64,000 nucleotides of DNA from Gammaproteobacteria bacterium (GTDB taxonomy: Bacteria > Pseudomonadota > Gammaproteobacteria > SZUA-229). A program made the position numbers and the translations under genes. The notes beneath the pieces were generated by a model that was not told where the DNA came from, made no database searches, and saw only the letters and a list, made by a program, of their open reading frames with translations. Below, piece by piece: positions 17,729-27,592 of the stretch (position 1 is its first letter; each line of letters opens with the position of its first letter). The stretch is from the NCBI GenBank assembly GCA_029881795.1, contig JAOULX010000014.1:5209-69208 (forward strand), given 5' to 3'.

Positions 17729-18268
17729 TTAGTTAATGCCAGTGTGCTGACGATGCCATTCATATAAACAAATAGCCAGCGCATGGCTGACATTCATTGA
17801 GCCATTGCGGCCAAACATCGGGATTTTTACTGCAGCCTGACATTTATTAAGAATGTTATCAGGAATGCCGTGGCGTTCCGAGCCAACGATAAAACTGCAG
17901 GCTTTAGGTAAGCTTGTGGAAAACAGGTTTTCTGCTTTGCTGGTCAGCTCAAGTGCAATCAGGCTAGGTAATGTCTGATAGTCAGAATGAAACTGCTGAT
18001 GTGACCAGAAATCTGTCGTTATCCTTTGGCAGGTGTTGCGTGATGTTCGGATAACGGTTTTATTGTTTTTAAAAGCACCGGGTTTGTTGTCAATAAATAT
18101 AATTTTTTCAGCAGCTGCGGCATCAGCGAGTCGGTAAAGGCTGCCTATGTTTGCCGGGGTTTGTAGATCGACAGCGATAATTGTGGGCCCGTCTGGCGTG
18201 ATAATTTCCTGCTGTTGCTGGTATAAGGTTTCGCTATCCAGAGCGATGCCGGCTTGATTGTCTGTCAT
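17729..18268 (-). CDS. SpoU/TrmH-family RNA 2'-O-methyltransferase
   Basis: C-terminal knot motifs FIVGSERHGIP, IPMFG...SMNVSHALAICLYEW. Confidence 0.75.
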   Translation of the reverse strand: MTDNQAGIALDSETLYQQQQEIITPDGPTIIAVDLQTPANIGSLYRLADAAAAEKIIFIDNKPGAFKNNKTVIRTSRNTCQRITTDFWSHQQFHSDYQTLPSLIALELTSKAENLFSTSLPKACSFIVGSERHGIPDNILNKCQAAVKIPMFGRNGSMNVSHALAICLYEWHRQHTGIN

Positions 18269-18270
18269 AA

Positions 18271-18723
18271 TCAGGTGTTTTCAGAAACCCGGTGTTTGGC
18301 TTTAATAAATTCTTTATGCGGCAGGTGGAGCAGGTCGGCGATTTTGCGTAGATAGTGTTCTTCATATTTATCTAGCTCTCCGTCAGCGTAAGCTATATGC
18401 CAGAGGTTTTCAATAATTCTGATTTTTTGACTGTTATCATAAGACTGATTGATTAATTTAGAAAACCGGTAGTAGTCGACTGCATTGTTACTTTCTTCTT
18501 CAGCCAGCATAAATAAATTATCGGTTTCATCATCGCTTAATGAAAAGTCTTTTTTCAGCAGGGCTTTAACGGTGTCATGCTCGGTCTGTTCAATTTTATG
18601 ATCCATACGAATCATTTCAATCAGTAACGAGGCGCTGGCCAGTTTAATCTGGTGATCCTGATCGACAGCTTCTGTTTTGAGACTGAGGTTGGTATTAAAA
18701 AAATCAAGAATAGTCTGAATCAT
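18271..18723 (-). CDS. TerB-family (tellurite-resistance-like) protein
   Basis: 150 aa with pattern ASASLLIEMIRMDHKIEQTE.., LWHIAYADGELDKYEEHYLRKIADLL typical of the TerB/COG4103 fold. Start overlaps the ABC ATPase stop (ATGA). Confidence 0.6.
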   Translation of the reverse strand: MIQTILDFFNTNLSLKTEAVDQDHQIKLASASLLIEMIRMDHKIEQTEHDTVKALLKKDFSLSDDETDNLFMLAEEESNNAVDYYRFSKLINQSYDNSQKIRIIENLWHIAYADGELDKYEEHYLRKIADLLHLPHKEFIKAKHRVSENT

Positions 18724-19799
18724 GGCAGTATAGCTGCGGTATGCTCGGTGCTGATTTGAGGAAACATAACAAGGTGGTCGACATCCAGTTTAATGCCGAT
18801 TTTTTCATGTAACGAATGATTATGATGACTCGATGCAATGCATAAAATATGCTGTTCTGATGAGATTGCTAGGGTATAGAGAAAATCTGCTCCCCGAAAA
18901 AGTCTTTCGGTGATTTCAAGCTTAATTGGGCTCTCGTCGTCGTGAATAATATCATCCGGGCGGATTAATAAATCCAGCTTGCATCCGACTTTGCATTGTT
19001 CAGGTACCCGACCTTTTATCACGCCAAGTTCTGTATTGATTTTTTGATCACCGATATATTCACCGGGAATAAAAACGCCCTGGCCGATAAAATTAGCGAC
19101 AAAGCGAGTGGCTGGCTGATGATACAGATTGTACGGTGTATCCCATTGCACGAGCCTGCCTTGATGAATTAAACCAACAGCGTCAGCCATGGCAAAGGCT
19201 TCGTTCTGATCATGGGTGACAAGAATGGCGGTAATCTTTTGTTGTTTGAGAATACCTCTGACTTCGCGTGCCAGCTGACCGCGTAATTCGACATCTAAAC
19301 TGGAAAATGGCTCATCTAATAACAGAATATCCGGTCTCGGTGCCAGCGCCCGGGCCAGAGCAATACGTTGTTGCTGACCGCCAGATAATTGATGGGGAAA
19401 TTTTTGATTGCTGCCACTGAGTCCAACCAGTTTCAACAATTCATTACAGCGCTGATGCTGAGCGCTCTCTGACATTTTTTTATCAAGACCAAAGCGAATA
19501 TTGGCTTCAAGATCAAGATGAGGGAACAAGGCAAAATCCTGGAATACCATGCCGATATGACGGTTTTCAGGTGCAACGGTATTTTCTGTGGTGCTGACAA
19601 GGTGTTGTCGAATACTGATCTCACCGGCAGTCGGTGTTTCAAAACCGGCAATGGTACGCAGCAAAGTGGTTTTACCGCAGCCACTGGGGCCTAGTAGGCA
19701 GCATATCTGACCCTCTTCAAGGTTAAAGTCGATATCCTGGACGATGGTGTTCGATCCATAGGCCACTGATACATTGTTTAGCGTGAGTAGTTTGCTCAT
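18720..19799 (-). CDS. fbpC: Fe(3+) ABC transporter ATP-binding protein
   Basis: Walker A GPSGCGKTT, signature LSGGQQQR, Walker B LLLDEP, and a TOBE-like C-terminus. Confidence 0.85.
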   Translation of the reverse strand: MSKLLTLNNVSVAYGSNTIVQDIDFNLEEGQICCLLGPSGCGKTTLLRTIAGFETPTAGEISIRQHLVSTTENTVAPENRHIGMVFQDFALFPHLDLEANIRFGLDKKMSESAQHQRCNELLKLVGLSGSNQKFPHQLSGGQQQRIALARALAPRPDILLLDEPFSSLDVELRGQLAREVRGILKQQKITAILVTHDQNEAFAMADAVGLIHQGRLVQWDTPYNLYHQPATRFVANFIGQGVFIPGEYIGDQKINTELGVIKGRVPEQCKVGCKLDLLIRPDDIIHDDESPIKLEITERLFRGADFLYTLAISSEQHILCIASSHHNHSLHEKIGIKLDVDHLVMFPQISTEHTAAILP

Positions 19800-21472
19800 A
19801 ATTTCTGTTTGTTGATCGACTGACTTAATAAAATCACCGGTATTATACCGGCAATAACAATACTAAGTGCAGCCGTTGATGCATCGGCTAGACGTTCATC
19901 AGAGGCCAGTTCATAGGCTCTGACTGCCAGTGTATTAAAATTAAACGGCCGCAGGATTAATGTGGCCGGCAGTTCTTTCAGAACATCGACAAAGACCAGC
20001 AATATCGCGGTTAATAAACTGCGTCGCATCAGTGGCATATGTATTTGTAAAAGAACTTGTTTAGGTTTTAGTCCGAGTGAGCGGGCAGCATCATCCATCG
20101 AATGTTTGATTTTACCCAGTGCAGCTTCAACCGTGCCAACGGAGACGGCGAGAAAGCGCACCATATAGGCAAACATCAACGCAAATAGCGTACCGCTGAG
20201 TAATAAGCCGCTGGAGACATCAAACTGGTTTCGTAACCAGCCATCCAGAGTATTGTCGAGCCACGCCAGAGGCAGCATGATACCAACAGCAATAACAGTA
20301 GCTGGAATAGCATAACCCATGCTGGCAACTCTGACGGCAAGATAGATGAAGCGGGTATTTTGTAAACGCTGGCCATACGCCAGCAGCAGTGCCAGCAATA
20401 ACGCCAGTATTGCAGCGCTGCCGGCTAATGCCAGACTGTTCCAGGTCAGTACAAAAAATTCACTGTCGACCATGTCGTCATAGGTCTCTACGGCCCACTG
20501 TAATAATTGTAAAAACGGCAGAAAGAAACCCCACAAAACAGGCATAAAACAGGCAAAAGTGGCGAGCCAGGCTTTTTTGTTTGAAAGTTTGATACGGACC
20601 TGCTTTTTCTGACGATTTGAGGTACTAAAATAACGCGCTTGTTTTCTGGAAAGTCGTTCCAGTGTGATTAGGACAAAAACAAAAATCAGCAGTAAAGTGG
20701 ATAACTGCGCTGCTGCGGCACTGTCATTGAGACCAAACCAGGTCCGAAAAATACCGGTTGTAAAGGTTGAGATACCAAAATACTGAACGGTGCCGTAGTC
20801 AGCCAGTGTTTCCATTAAAACAAGTGACAAACCAGTGATGATAGCCGGTCTTGCCATCGGTAAAGCAACTTTGAAGAAGCTTTTCCAGGGGCCGGCGCCT
20901 AAACTTCTGCTGGCTTCCAGAGCGACAATGGACTGATCAAGAAAAGAGGCGCGTGCGAGTAGGTAGACGTAAGGGTAGAGAACCAGTGAAAGCATTGAGG
21001 TCGCACCCCAGATAGAGCGGATCTCCGGAAACCAATAATCACCGTATGACCAGCCAAACCAGTCGCGCAGGCTGCTTTGAATAGGGCCTGCGAAATCCAT
21101 CATGCCGGTGTAAGTATAAGCGATGATGTAAGCGGGCAATGCCATCGGTAACAGCAACAACCACTGAAACAGTTTGCGGCCGGGAAATTTATAAACACTG
21201 GTTAACCAGGCGCAGCTGATACCCATGCTCAGGGTGCCAAAACTCACGCCGATCATTAACATCAACGAGTTGCTGACATAATCCGCAAGAACCGTTTCGG
21301 TTAAATGTTGCCAGACTTCGCCAGCCGGCTGAAAAATAAAACTAAAAACAGTCAGTACAGGCAGTGCGCAGACCAGAGTGATGAGCAGTACTGAAAGATG
21401 CCACCGATTAATATAGCTACCGAAAGAGAGTGCGCGCAAGGAGGTAATTTGAGTACTACGGGTATCTGCCAT
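19796..21472 (-). CDS. fbpB: Fe(3+) ABC transporter permease (duplicated domain)
   Basis: 558 aa, about 12 TM segments, two EAA-like loops (EASRSLGAGPW, DDAARSLG). Confidence 0.85.
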   Translation of the reverse strand: MADTRSTQITSLRALSFGSYINRWHLSVLLITLVCALPVLTVFSFIFQPAGEVWQHLTETVLADYVSNSLMLMIGVSFGTLSMGISCAWLTSVYKFPGRKLFQWLLLLPMALPAYIIAYTYTGMMDFAGPIQSSLRDWFGWSYGDYWFPEIRSIWGATSMLSLVLYPYVYLLARASFLDQSIVALEASRSLGAGPWKSFFKVALPMARPAIITGLSLVLMETLADYGTVQYFGISTFTTGIFRTWFGLNDSAAAAQLSTLLLIFVFVLITLERLSRKQARYFSTSNRQKKQVRIKLSNKKAWLATFACFMPVLWGFFLPFLQLLQWAVETYDDMVDSEFFVLTWNSLALAGSAAILALLLALLLAYGQRLQNTRFIYLAVRVASMGYAIPATVIAVGIMLPLAWLDNTLDGWLRNQFDVSSGLLLSGTLFALMFAYMVRFLAVSVGTVEAALGKIKHSMDDAARSLGLKPKQVLLQIHMPLMRRSLLTAILLVFVDVLKELPATLILRPFNFNTLAVRAYELASDERLADASTAALSIVIAGIIPVILLSQSINKQKL

Positions 21473-21521
21473 TATTGTATTTTATGCAAGTCAGCTGACT
21501 GATCAGCCGACCTGCTATGTA

Positions 21522-22553
21522 TTATTTCCAGCCAGCGCGATCCATTAATTTTACAGCTTCAGCATTATACTGGCCTAAAATTGAAAGATTAAGCGCGTCA
21601 GATTTAAACTCTCCCCAGCTTTTTAGCAGGGCACTTGCTTCCACATCATTTCTGACAGGGTATTCGTAATTGGTTTCAGCATACCACTTTTGAGATGGCT
21701 TATTAGCAAGAAATTCAATTAACAGAAGTGCATTAGCCTGATGAGATGCATGTTTAGTAATAGCTGCGCCACTGATATTGACATGGGTGCCGCGGTCATT
21801 CTGATTTGGCCAGAATAAGGCCATTTTTGAGGCAGCGGTACGGTCTTTTTGTTTTTTGCCTGAGACCATTGCGCCAAAGTAATAAGTATTGGCTATCGCG
21901 ATAGTGCATTCGCCTGAAGCGGCAGCCCGGATCTGGTCACGATCTCCACCGCGAGGGGGGTGTGCCATATTCTCTACCAGTTGTTTTGCCCATAGTTCAG
22001 TCTTTTCAATGCCGTTGGCTTTGATCATTGAAGCAACAAGCGACTGGTTGTAAATATTGTTAGATGAGCGGATACAAATTTGGCCTTTAAATTGTTTGTC
22101 AGCTAACTGTTCATAGGTTGACAGGTCAGTCGCATTAACCCGGTCCTTGGTATAAAAAACAGGACGTGCACGAACTGATAAGCCATACCAGTAACCATCA
22201 GGATCGCGGTAACTGGCTGGTATGATTTGCTGCAGTGTGGCAGATTGGACGGGCTGTAAAACATTTGCCTGTTTGGCTCTGTGTAGACGACCTGCATCGG
22301 TGGTAATTAAAACATCAGCCGGCGAATTACGGCCTTCTGTCTGTAGTCTTTTTAGTAACGCATCAGCCTTGCCGGTGACTAAGTTGACCTTTATGCCGGT
22401 TTCTTTAGTAAAACGGTTTAATAAAGGCTTTATTAGCGCTTCTTTTCTTGCGGAATAGACATTAACTTCAGCACTCGTGGTGTTAGCTGAAACCGAGACA
22501 CTTGTGAGGATACAGGCGACCGCTAGAATGCTGCGAAAAGATGAGTAAATCAC
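21522..22553 (-). CDS. fbpA: Fe(3+) ABC transporter periplasmic binding protein
   Basis: Signal peptide and YSARKEALIKPLL..F...GIKVNLVTGKADALLKRL..EG..SPADVLITTDAGRL pattern. GTG start. Confidence 0.85.
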   Translation of the reverse strand: MIYSSFRSILAVACILTSVSVSANTTSAEVNVYSARKEALIKPLLNRFTKETGIKVNLVTGKADALLKRLQTEGRNSPADVLITTDAGRLHRAKQANVLQPVQSATLQQIIPASYRDPDGYWYGLSVRARPVFYTKDRVNATDLSTYEQLADKQFKGQICIRSSNNIYNQSLVASMIKANGIEKTELWAKQLVENMAHPPRGGDRDQIRAAASGECTIAIANTYYFGAMVSGKKQKDRTAASKMALFWPNQNDRGTHVNISGAAITKHASHQANALLLIEFLANKPSQKWYAETNYEYPVRNDVEASALLKSWGEFKSDALNLSILGQYNAEAVKLMDRAGWK

Positions 22554-22611
22554 GTTTGTGTAATCCTTTTGAATGAGGTTGGGCAGACTATACCTAAATG
22601 ATAATAAAAAC

Positions 22612-22630
22612 GCAAATGAGATTCATTATC
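22612..22630. promoter_or_regulatory. Fur box upstream of the fbpABC operon
   Basis: GCAAATGAGATTCATTATC matches 15 of 19 positions of GATAATGATAATCATTATC. It lies ~60 nt upstream of the fbpA start. A weaker overlapping match sits just upstream (AATGATAAT). Confidence 0.55.
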
Positions 22631-22858
22631 ATTAAAATATGATCTTGTTTATTATATAAGTAGAGGTGTATAAAGGTTTTGTTACTGACTGGGATTTTGG
22701 CGTTTTATTGATATAACTCAATAAGTTATTGCTGTTTGATAGATAATAACGAGAAAACGTAGGCGTCAGATGAGAGGAATTTGATAAAAAGGTGGAATTA
22801 TTTCTTATCCAAAGACTCCTACAATGACCGGATACTTGATCTGATTGAGGATAGAAAA

Positions 22859-23347
22859 TTGTTATCAGCTGTTAAAATTTTGCAGTCTTTGTTATTGATG
22901 TCTTTTGCGGTTATGGCCCATGCGGCAGCGCCGGATGTTCAGGCCAGGGATACTGCAGGCAATGTTCATAATGTAAATGAATATATTGGCAAGGGAAAAT
23001 GGACGGTAGTGGTTTTCTGGGCACATGATTGCCATATTTGTAACCAGGAAATTCAGCAGATGACTTTTTTTCAGGATGGGCATGCAGAAAAAGATGCCAC
23101 GGTACTAGGTATTTCAATGGACGGTTTTGATCGTGTTGCTAAATCAAAAGCTTTTATCGAACGCCATGAGCTTAATTTTCCGAATTTGCTAATTACCGCC
23201 AATCAACGTGAGTTCTTAAAGTTTGGCGGTGGCGGCTATGTCGGTACACCGACGTTTTATATCTACAATCCGGCTGGCACATTACTGGCAAAAAATATTG
23301 GCCCGGTATCGCCGGAAGAGATTGAAGCGTTTATCAAATCGAATTAG
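22859..23347 (+). CDS. TlpA-like periplasmic thiol:disulfide oxidoreductase
   Basis: Redoxin fold with CHIC active site (FWAHDCHICNQE). I place the start at TTG 22859, preceded by GAGGA 7 nt upstream, which gives a clean signal peptide LSAVKILQSLLLMSFAVMAHA. ORF opens at 22781. Confidence 0.7.
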   Translation: MLSAVKILQSLLLMSFAVMAHAAAPDVQARDTAGNVHNVNEYIGKGKWTVVVFWAHDCHICNQEIQQMTFFQDGHAEKDATVLGISMDGFDRVAKSKAFIERHELNFPNLLITANQREFLKFGGGGYVGTPTFYIYNPAGTLLAKNIGPVSPEEIEAFIKSN

Positions 23348-23430
23348 CTGTCGCTGTGCACTCGGTAACTGCGCCTGCAGGTAAGCCTCAGCTGTGCTGA
23401 GACCAGGCTGAGGGCTGCTTTAATGACGAG

Positions 23431-25707
23431 TTATTGTATGTTGTTAAAGACGGAGCCAAGTGCGTGATCAAACACTGAGTGATGCATTATAATCTGCGCG
23501 TTTCCATTTTTCAGGTCTTCTGCAAATGTTTCGGCGTCTTTTTCGACGACTCGTTCACCGTTGTGGTCGACGAAGACCAGTAGCGCTTCTTCCATGATAA
23601 TAACAGAGAGCTTTAGGCGGCGAGTGTGTTGGTTGTCCAGTGTGATCTGGAACCAGACGCCAGGCCGGACTTCACTTGGCAGTAGCTGCAGTTTTTCCCG
23701 AAGATCTACCGGTTCGTCCGGTAGCGACTGGTTTTGCTTAAGCTGGTCTTGAGTAAAGGTCTGATCGTGGTCTTTCTCATGGGCTTTTCTATCGGCATCA
23801 TTATTGCCAATGGGGGTGTCCATAACAGGCATAGTGGAAAGTTCAGGCGACAGCAGGGCTTCATCAAACGCACGCGTGTCCAGTAACTGAATATAGGTCT
23901 CACGCAGGCCCTGCAAGACCTCAGGTGTATGTTCTTTCGCTCTTTTAGAGTGCAGTAATCGGTTCTCTACTCTGGTGGTGATATCTTCGTGATTGTCTCT
24001 CAGGAATTTATATTCAGCTGCGTTAGTTGGCTGCTGCACGCTGTCGATGATTTCACTAAGCGTAGTTACAAGAGATACCCAGCTGTCATTTTGTTTGCCG
24101 TGCTTGATATAGTGATTGAACATTAGCGTGGGCCATAACTTGAGCACCAGTTTGTGAACTAATGAAGGCAGCTTCTTTTCAAGAGTGCTTTTACGTAATT
24201 CCCAGAGAACTATCTTACGCGCATGTTCTTTTTGTACTTGCTGTTTGGCTTCCTGCTCTTTTTCTTCAGCAGCTGACTTCTGTCGCTCGATAATAGCCTT
24301 GACTTTATCCAGGGCAACAACAAATGCGTTAATATCATTAAGATAATCCGTCAGCAGGCTTTTGATAATTGCATGAAGTTCGATATAAAGCGGGTCGGTA
24401 TGTTCGGTGACGCCGACACTGAGTTCGGCTACCTTATCAAGTAATTCACGGGCTGGGTGGTCATCGTTGACAAAGAATTCCTGATCCAGCATCGAGGCTT
24501 TTATAACCGGTATCTGCAGCGACAAAAGCAGTGCTTTAATAGTATCTGAAATACTGTTGTCATCAATAATGGCATCAAATATCAGCTTGATAAAGTCGAT
24601 AGTTTTTTCAATAACCTGATTGATTTGTTTGGTTATTGTGCCGCCTTGCTGGCTGGCGATAGTTGATAACAGCGCCTGCTTGATTGCAGCGGCATCAATT
24701 CGTTCTATAACCGGAGGTGTTGAGGACTGGATTTGAGACTGAGTGACGCCCTGCATCTGGGTTAAAGCAGAAAGGACATCTTTGTGGCCATAAAACTGTG
24801 GGTCGCCTTCAATAGATCCGGCATTGGCAGTATCGCTACCAATGAAGTCTCTGATGATTTTGCTGGCATGGCCTATCGGGTATCCGCCAATGTTACGGTT
24901 GCCGTATTTGGAAATAAGCTTGCTGGTATGTATGTCGTTAGCCGACATCGCTGATACAGCACTGGCGCCAGTAGAATCTTCGCCTGTCTCAGCAGAATCA
25001 TTACCCTGCTTCGCCTGATTAGGTTTGTTACTGTGCGGGGTATGGGGGGCGCGTAATGTTACTTTTGGCAGGATTCCAGCATCAATAAGCAGATTGTTTA
25101 ACGTGTCATATAAAATATTGAGATTGTTCGCAACCTCATTGTCGAATAATTTATAAAGGATGAGTTTTTCTGCGGTTGATAACTCAAGGATTGTAATACA
25201 CTGCTGGAATGACTCACAAAAGTGCAACGGAGTCAGGGCGTTTTTGCTGAAGATCATTGGGGTGTGTTCAGCAAGAAAATCCAGTCTGTATTCAAGATTT
25301 CCAATAGTCTCACTGAATTTATCAAAGGTTTTGCCAGCAATAGTATTGATGAGCACTAATTCATCCATGCTATCCTGACTAACTAAACTGAGCTCATCAT
25401 CGTTATCAGTCGCAGCAGTTTTTGAGGCGGGTGATAAAGCGCTAACCGGTTTTAGATAGGTTCTTAATGCATCAGATAAGCCGCGACTGAGGTTGGCTTT
25501 GTCGGTTCTTATGCTGTGTAGCAGGTCGAAATATTGCTTTTGTTCTTCATTGTTACCAGCTTCATTGGCCAGCTCAAACAACGCGGTATCTGCATTGTTA
25601 AAAAACGAAGTAAACAGCTCTTTGAGTTGAAAATTCAGTGTGTTTTTTAATTCACTGACCAGCTCATTGTAATTTATGTTGTCGGGTTGTCTGTTTTGTT
25701 CGCTCAT
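23431..25707 (-). CDS. DUF1631-family protein
   Basis: 758 aa. N-terminus ..FFNNADTALFELANEAGNNEEQKQYFDLLHSIR.. and C-terminus ..PGVWFQITLDNQHTRRLKLSVII..LLVFVDHNGERV match my recollection of DUF1631. Confidence 0.65.
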   Translation of the reverse strand: MSEQNRQPDNINYNELVSELKNTLNFQLKELFTSFFNNADTALFELANEAGNNEEQKQYFDLLHSIRTDKANLSRGLSDALRTYLKPVSALSPASKTAATDNDDELSLVSQDSMDELVLINTIAGKTFDKFSETIGNLEYRLDFLAEHTPMIFSKNALTPLHFCESFQQCITILELSTAEKLILYKLFDNEVANNLNILYDTLNNLLIDAGILPKVTLRAPHTPHSNKPNQAKQGNDSAETGEDSTGASAVSAMSANDIHTSKLISKYGNRNIGGYPIGHASKIIRDFIGSDTANAGSIEGDPQFYGHKDVLSALTQMQGVTQSQIQSSTPPVIERIDAAAIKQALLSTIASQQGGTITKQINQVIEKTIDFIKLIFDAIIDDNSISDTIKALLLSLQIPVIKASMLDQEFFVNDDHPARELLDKVAELSVGVTEHTDPLYIELHAIIKSLLTDYLNDINAFVVALDKVKAIIERQKSAAEEKEQEAKQQVQKEHARKIVLWELRKSTLEKKLPSLVHKLVLKLWPTLMFNHYIKHGKQNDSWVSLVTTLSEIIDSVQQPTNAAEYKFLRDNHEDITTRVENRLLHSKRAKEHTPEVLQGLRETYIQLLDTRAFDEALLSPELSTMPVMDTPIGNNDADRKAHEKDHDQTFTQDQLKQNQSLPDEPVDLREKLQLLPSEVRPGVWFQITLDNQHTRRLKLSVIIMEEALLVFVDHNGERVVEKDAETFAEDLKNGNAQIIMHHSVFDHALGSVFNNIQ

Positions 25708-25745
25708 CGTGTTCTGTGATCATCCATTAAGTAGCCACTTTGTGT

Positions 25746-26051
25746 TTATTCAAAACTTCCTAGGTTCATATCAACAAAGGCCAGTCCAATACCGTCCTTA
25801 TCTTTATGTACGACCACAGCCGTGTCATTAGGCAGTTCAACTAATGAGTCCTGGTTGCTTGTTTTTTTGATGGTAACAAGTTCGCCCAAGGGCGGGAATG
25901 GCCGGTTTGGTAATAAGATAAAAATACCACCATCACTGATGTTGCGAGTTGTGCCAGTGTGTACGGTACCGTCCGGATAACTTAGTTCAACCATCATAGA
26001 GATGGCAAACCGTTCAAAGCGTCGCTGATTGCGTCCTGTAGGAATTGTCAT
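25746..26051 (-). CDS. stand-alone PilZ-domain c-di-GMP receptor
   Basis: 101 aa with RxxxR (RRFER) and (D/N)xSxxG (NISDGG) motifs. Confidence 0.75.
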   Translation of the reverse strand: MTIPTGRNQRRFERFAISMMVELSYPDGTVHTGTTRNISDGGIFILLPNRPFPPLGELVTIKKTSNQDSLVELPNDTAVVVHKDKDGIGLAFVDMNLGSFE

Positions 26052-26183
26052 TGTAGTTGAACTGATTTCCCTGATTCAATGTTATATAAGTGCAATATTT
26101 AACATTCTAGCGGAAATAGATAAATTTACTAGCCAAAAAACCATCTTATAGCTAACAAAGGGATTTAATAGGTGGGAGGAATG

Positions 26184-27410
26184 CTAGACGAAGGCGGCTA
26201 AGTTGATGTGTAAATGACTGGGGTTAACGTAGCTAACAATGCGTAACTTATTCTCATTATCAGTTACTTCGGCCAGATTTATTTCAAGCGGATGAATTAA
26301 ATACTCACGACGGGCGTTGTAGATCATCCTAACTTTGGGTTGCAATGAGTTTTGCTTGCTAATTTCATGGACAATAGCAATGCAGCCATTACTGAGTTTG
26401 ACTAGGCTGCCTACCGGATAAATACCAATGCATTTGATGAATTGTTTGATGATAAGAGAGTCAAATAACTCATCCTTACTTTCAAGTAGCTGTTTTAATA
26501 CCTGGGTGGGGGCTGTTTCACTGTCAAAAGGCGTTTTAGATGTCATTGAATCATAAAGGTCTGAAAGTCCGAGGATTTGTGACAATGGGTCGATTTCATT
26601 GCCTTTTAGTCCATAGGGATACCCTGAGCCGTCAAATCGTTCATGGTGTTGCTGTACAAGACGGATGATCTTCTGATTAATAGCCGCATTGCTTGAAAGC
26701 ATCTCGACAGAATAGTTGACGTGTTTTTTTAACTGGTTGAATTGAGCTTCTTTTAGTTTGCCTTTATGGCTGACCAGATCGTCGTCAAGCCGAGTCTCAC
26801 CAATATCATGCAGTAGTGCAGCAGTGCCAAGATTAATTAATGAAGGATAATCAAGGTTTTTCCATTTGCCAAAAGTTAGAGCTAGCACACAAGTGTTAAT
26901 GGCGTGATCAAAGGTATAGGTGTTTTTATGTCTGATTTGGCCAAGTGCCAGCAAAGCATCCTGATTACGGATAATGGAGTCAGTCATTTGCATTACCGAC
27001 TCTTTGATGCCGCTAATATTAACTGAACGTCCCATTTTGGCAGCATAAAACGCAGCATCTACGGTATCTAAGGCACGGTGTTTTATAGACTTTGCGGTAG
27101 AAATCTCATCTTTAAGGGTGGTCGGTTTGAGAGCCCGAACGGGTGTTTCAGTCTTGTTGCCCTGAGCGTCACGGGGAACATTAAAGGCGATTTTGTGTTT
27201 AAGTGACGTTAAAGCCGGGTCAAGACTATCGCTGCCTTTAACAGTATCTATCGTGACGCGTTTGCTGCCTGTTTTAAGGATGTTTTGCAGTAGAACTTTG
27301 TTGTTAATGCTGGTGTTTTTTCTGACGCCGGGAAAAAGCGATGGTTCAATATCCAGATCATGTAAATACATGCCTACTCTTAGTTCTGATGTCTGGATTT
27401 CTTTTAACAT
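26184..27410 (-). CDS. HD-GYP domain phosphodiesterase with DUF3391-like N-terminus
   Basis: GMYLHDLD N-terminus, intact LLHDIGE and HHERFDGSGYP motifs. Confidence 0.85.
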   Translation of the reverse strand: MLKEIQTSELRVGMYLHDLDIEPSLFPGVRKNTSINNKVLLQNILKTGSKRVTIDTVKGSDSLDPALTSLKHKIAFNVPRDAQGNKTETPVRALKPTTLKDEISTAKSIKHRALDTVDAAFYAAKMGRSVNISGIKESVMQMTDSIIRNQDALLALGQIRHKNTYTFDHAINTCVLALTFGKWKNLDYPSLINLGTAALLHDIGETRLDDDLVSHKGKLKEAQFNQLKKHVNYSVEMLSSNAAINQKIIRLVQQHHERFDGSGYPYGLKGNEIDPLSQILGLSDLYDSMTSKTPFDSETAPTQVLKQLLESKDELFDSLIIKQFIKCIGIYPVGSLVKLSNGCIAIVHEISKQNSLQPKVRMIYNARREYLIHPLEINLAEVTDNENKLRIVSYVNPSHLHINLAAFV

Positions 27411-27592
27411 GATATATCACCGTGTGAGCTATTAAAAAAGGCGATGATCACAATGCATTAGTGCCACTGGTCAGTTTAAGCCAAATATTAATTTAACTGG
27501 ATTTAATAGTAGCCGATGCCGGATAAATAGGAAGTTTTAAGAAGCGAAATGTAGAAAAGAGGTGATAAAAGGACGTCAAATAAGACGAAATA

